A DNA stretch of 64,000 nt from Amphiscolops sp. MND2022 (taxonomy: Eukaryota): NCBI GenBank assembly GCA_964187785.1, contig OZ076409.1:77564001-77628000 (forward strand), written 5' to 3'. Numbering within the stretch: the first letter of the stretch is position 1; each line of letters opens with the position of its first letter. The notes beneath the pieces were generated by a model, which did no database searches, had not been told where the DNA came from, and was given only the letters and a program-made list of their open reading frames with translations. Position numbers and translations under genes: made by a program. Positions 62,726 through 64,000 of the stretch are shown here, one piece after another.

Positions 62726-64000
62726 TAGACTCTTTAGACGCTCGTTGGCTTTGGGACCTTGTTTTTGGTCTTTTCGGGTGATTTGAGGAATCGGTTAAGA
62801 CTCCTGTCACCATGTTACGACTTACGTTCGTATCGTTGTTTTGGGTAGAATTAATTCTAACTGATTTTGTAGGGGTGTAGAAACTCCTCGTTTCATTCTC
62901 CGTTTCTTCTTCGACATTTTCTCTTACGTTTTCTCTTGTTTCAGGTTTAAGAAGCCTTAGCATTTCCCTTTCAGACTCTACAAGGAAATTCTTGATTTCG
63001 GAAGTAATCTCTTCTTTTAAAGAAGCCTTAGACGTTCCAAGAAACTGTCTTCAATTCTGGTGGATTTTGGTTTAGACGGTCCCGCAACACTTACGTCCGG
63101 GTCTAAAGGACAAAAAGTTTCCACTACAACTGGTGAAAGAAAACCTTCACTTACACTTTCAATAGCTTCTTGTTTGTTGTTTCTTCTCTTTTGGCTTCTT
63201 GTAGTCGACATTTTGATGAAAAAAGATTTGTTTCAGATGAATTCAATTTATCTTCTGAGTATTTTTCAACAAAGTTGAATGATGTTAATTGAGAAAGAAT
63301 TAACAAGGTATAGAGCAACTAATTTTCGCAATTAGAAAAGACTGAGTCCCTTGATCAACAAAATGCATCGAATTTATATCCCCCTAGCATCATTTGATCA
63401 CAACTACGTTCCTAATATCCTTCAAACAAGTAGTCATTTTCTGTTTTTTCGGTGAAAAAATCATTATGTTCCCAAATTTGAGTCGACATTTTGTCAAATT
63501 TTGAGACACGGCAATCTTAATCTAGTATTAGTCATCAACCGTGATCATATCATTTCATTCCGGCGTCCTTTTGCTTCCTCCCAAGCAGGAAGTAGATATT
63601 ACCTTAGTCTGTCAAACCGGAAATATCGTTGAGAAGAGCACCTGTTCACATTTTCTACCATATCTATAAATCTAAATATAAAAAGTTGAATTATGTGTCA
63701 AATAAAACAAATAAAAATGATTTCAAGGTCACTTTAGTTAGTTGAATGTATGTTCTAACTAAATTAATGCTTTAAACAGATAGATAAAACAACGTGCTAA
63801 GTGGAGGTAATATCCATAGTCCTATTCACAGTGATTAGGAATTGCGCTGTCTGATTGGTTACCGTAGTCTGGGGACCACCCTTCAACTGAGTCCAGCTTT
63901 GGAAAACTATATTGTATTAAAATATATTGACAATAAACAAAGAAAATGTATTAATTTTTAGTTTTGTACAATACAATATATTCATCCCAGTGTAAAAAAC

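Larger units (their letters stand above)
60331..64000. repeat. Tandem array of a ~1.65-kb unit (60331-61956, 61957-63622, 63623 to window end)
   Basis: ATATCGTTGAGAAGAGCACC starts at 60331, 61957 and 63623; units are near-identical, and the 40-bp length difference is in a (TA)n tract. Confidence 0.95.

Overview
AT-rich eukaryotic (probably animal) DNA made almost entirely of transposable elements; I see no convincing host gene. In order: a decayed Ty1/copia element (1-3 kb), a decayed BEL/Pao element (4.5-8.9 kb), a satellite-like array with ~180-bp monomers (9.4-14.1 kb), a solo LTR, a small Helentron-like element and a hAT remnant (15.7-17.7 kb). The centrepiece is a young 16,287-bp Ty3/gypsy element (17848-34134; 1521-bp LTRs, GAAAG target duplication). 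Its gag ORF starts about 190 codons inside the 5' LTR and reads through the PBS. Pol is reached by a predicted -1 frameshift at TTTAAAC. The 7.3 kb between pol and the 3' LTR hold (i) a predicted five-exon antisense gene for a ~1090-aa zinc-finger protein that looks derived from a hAT transposase, (ii) a divergent sense ORF running into the 3' LTR, and (iii) TATGCGG repeat arrays. Two other LTR families here (solo LTRs at 35.5 and 57.9 kb, fragments at 61-63.6 kb) show the same ORF-inside-LTR design. A second, decayed 16-kb gypsy (38982-55160) has apparent 3-bp target duplications and possible macro- and SGNH-like cargo. The window ends in a ~1.65-kb tandem array. All domain calls are by-eye motif recognition; no database searches were run.
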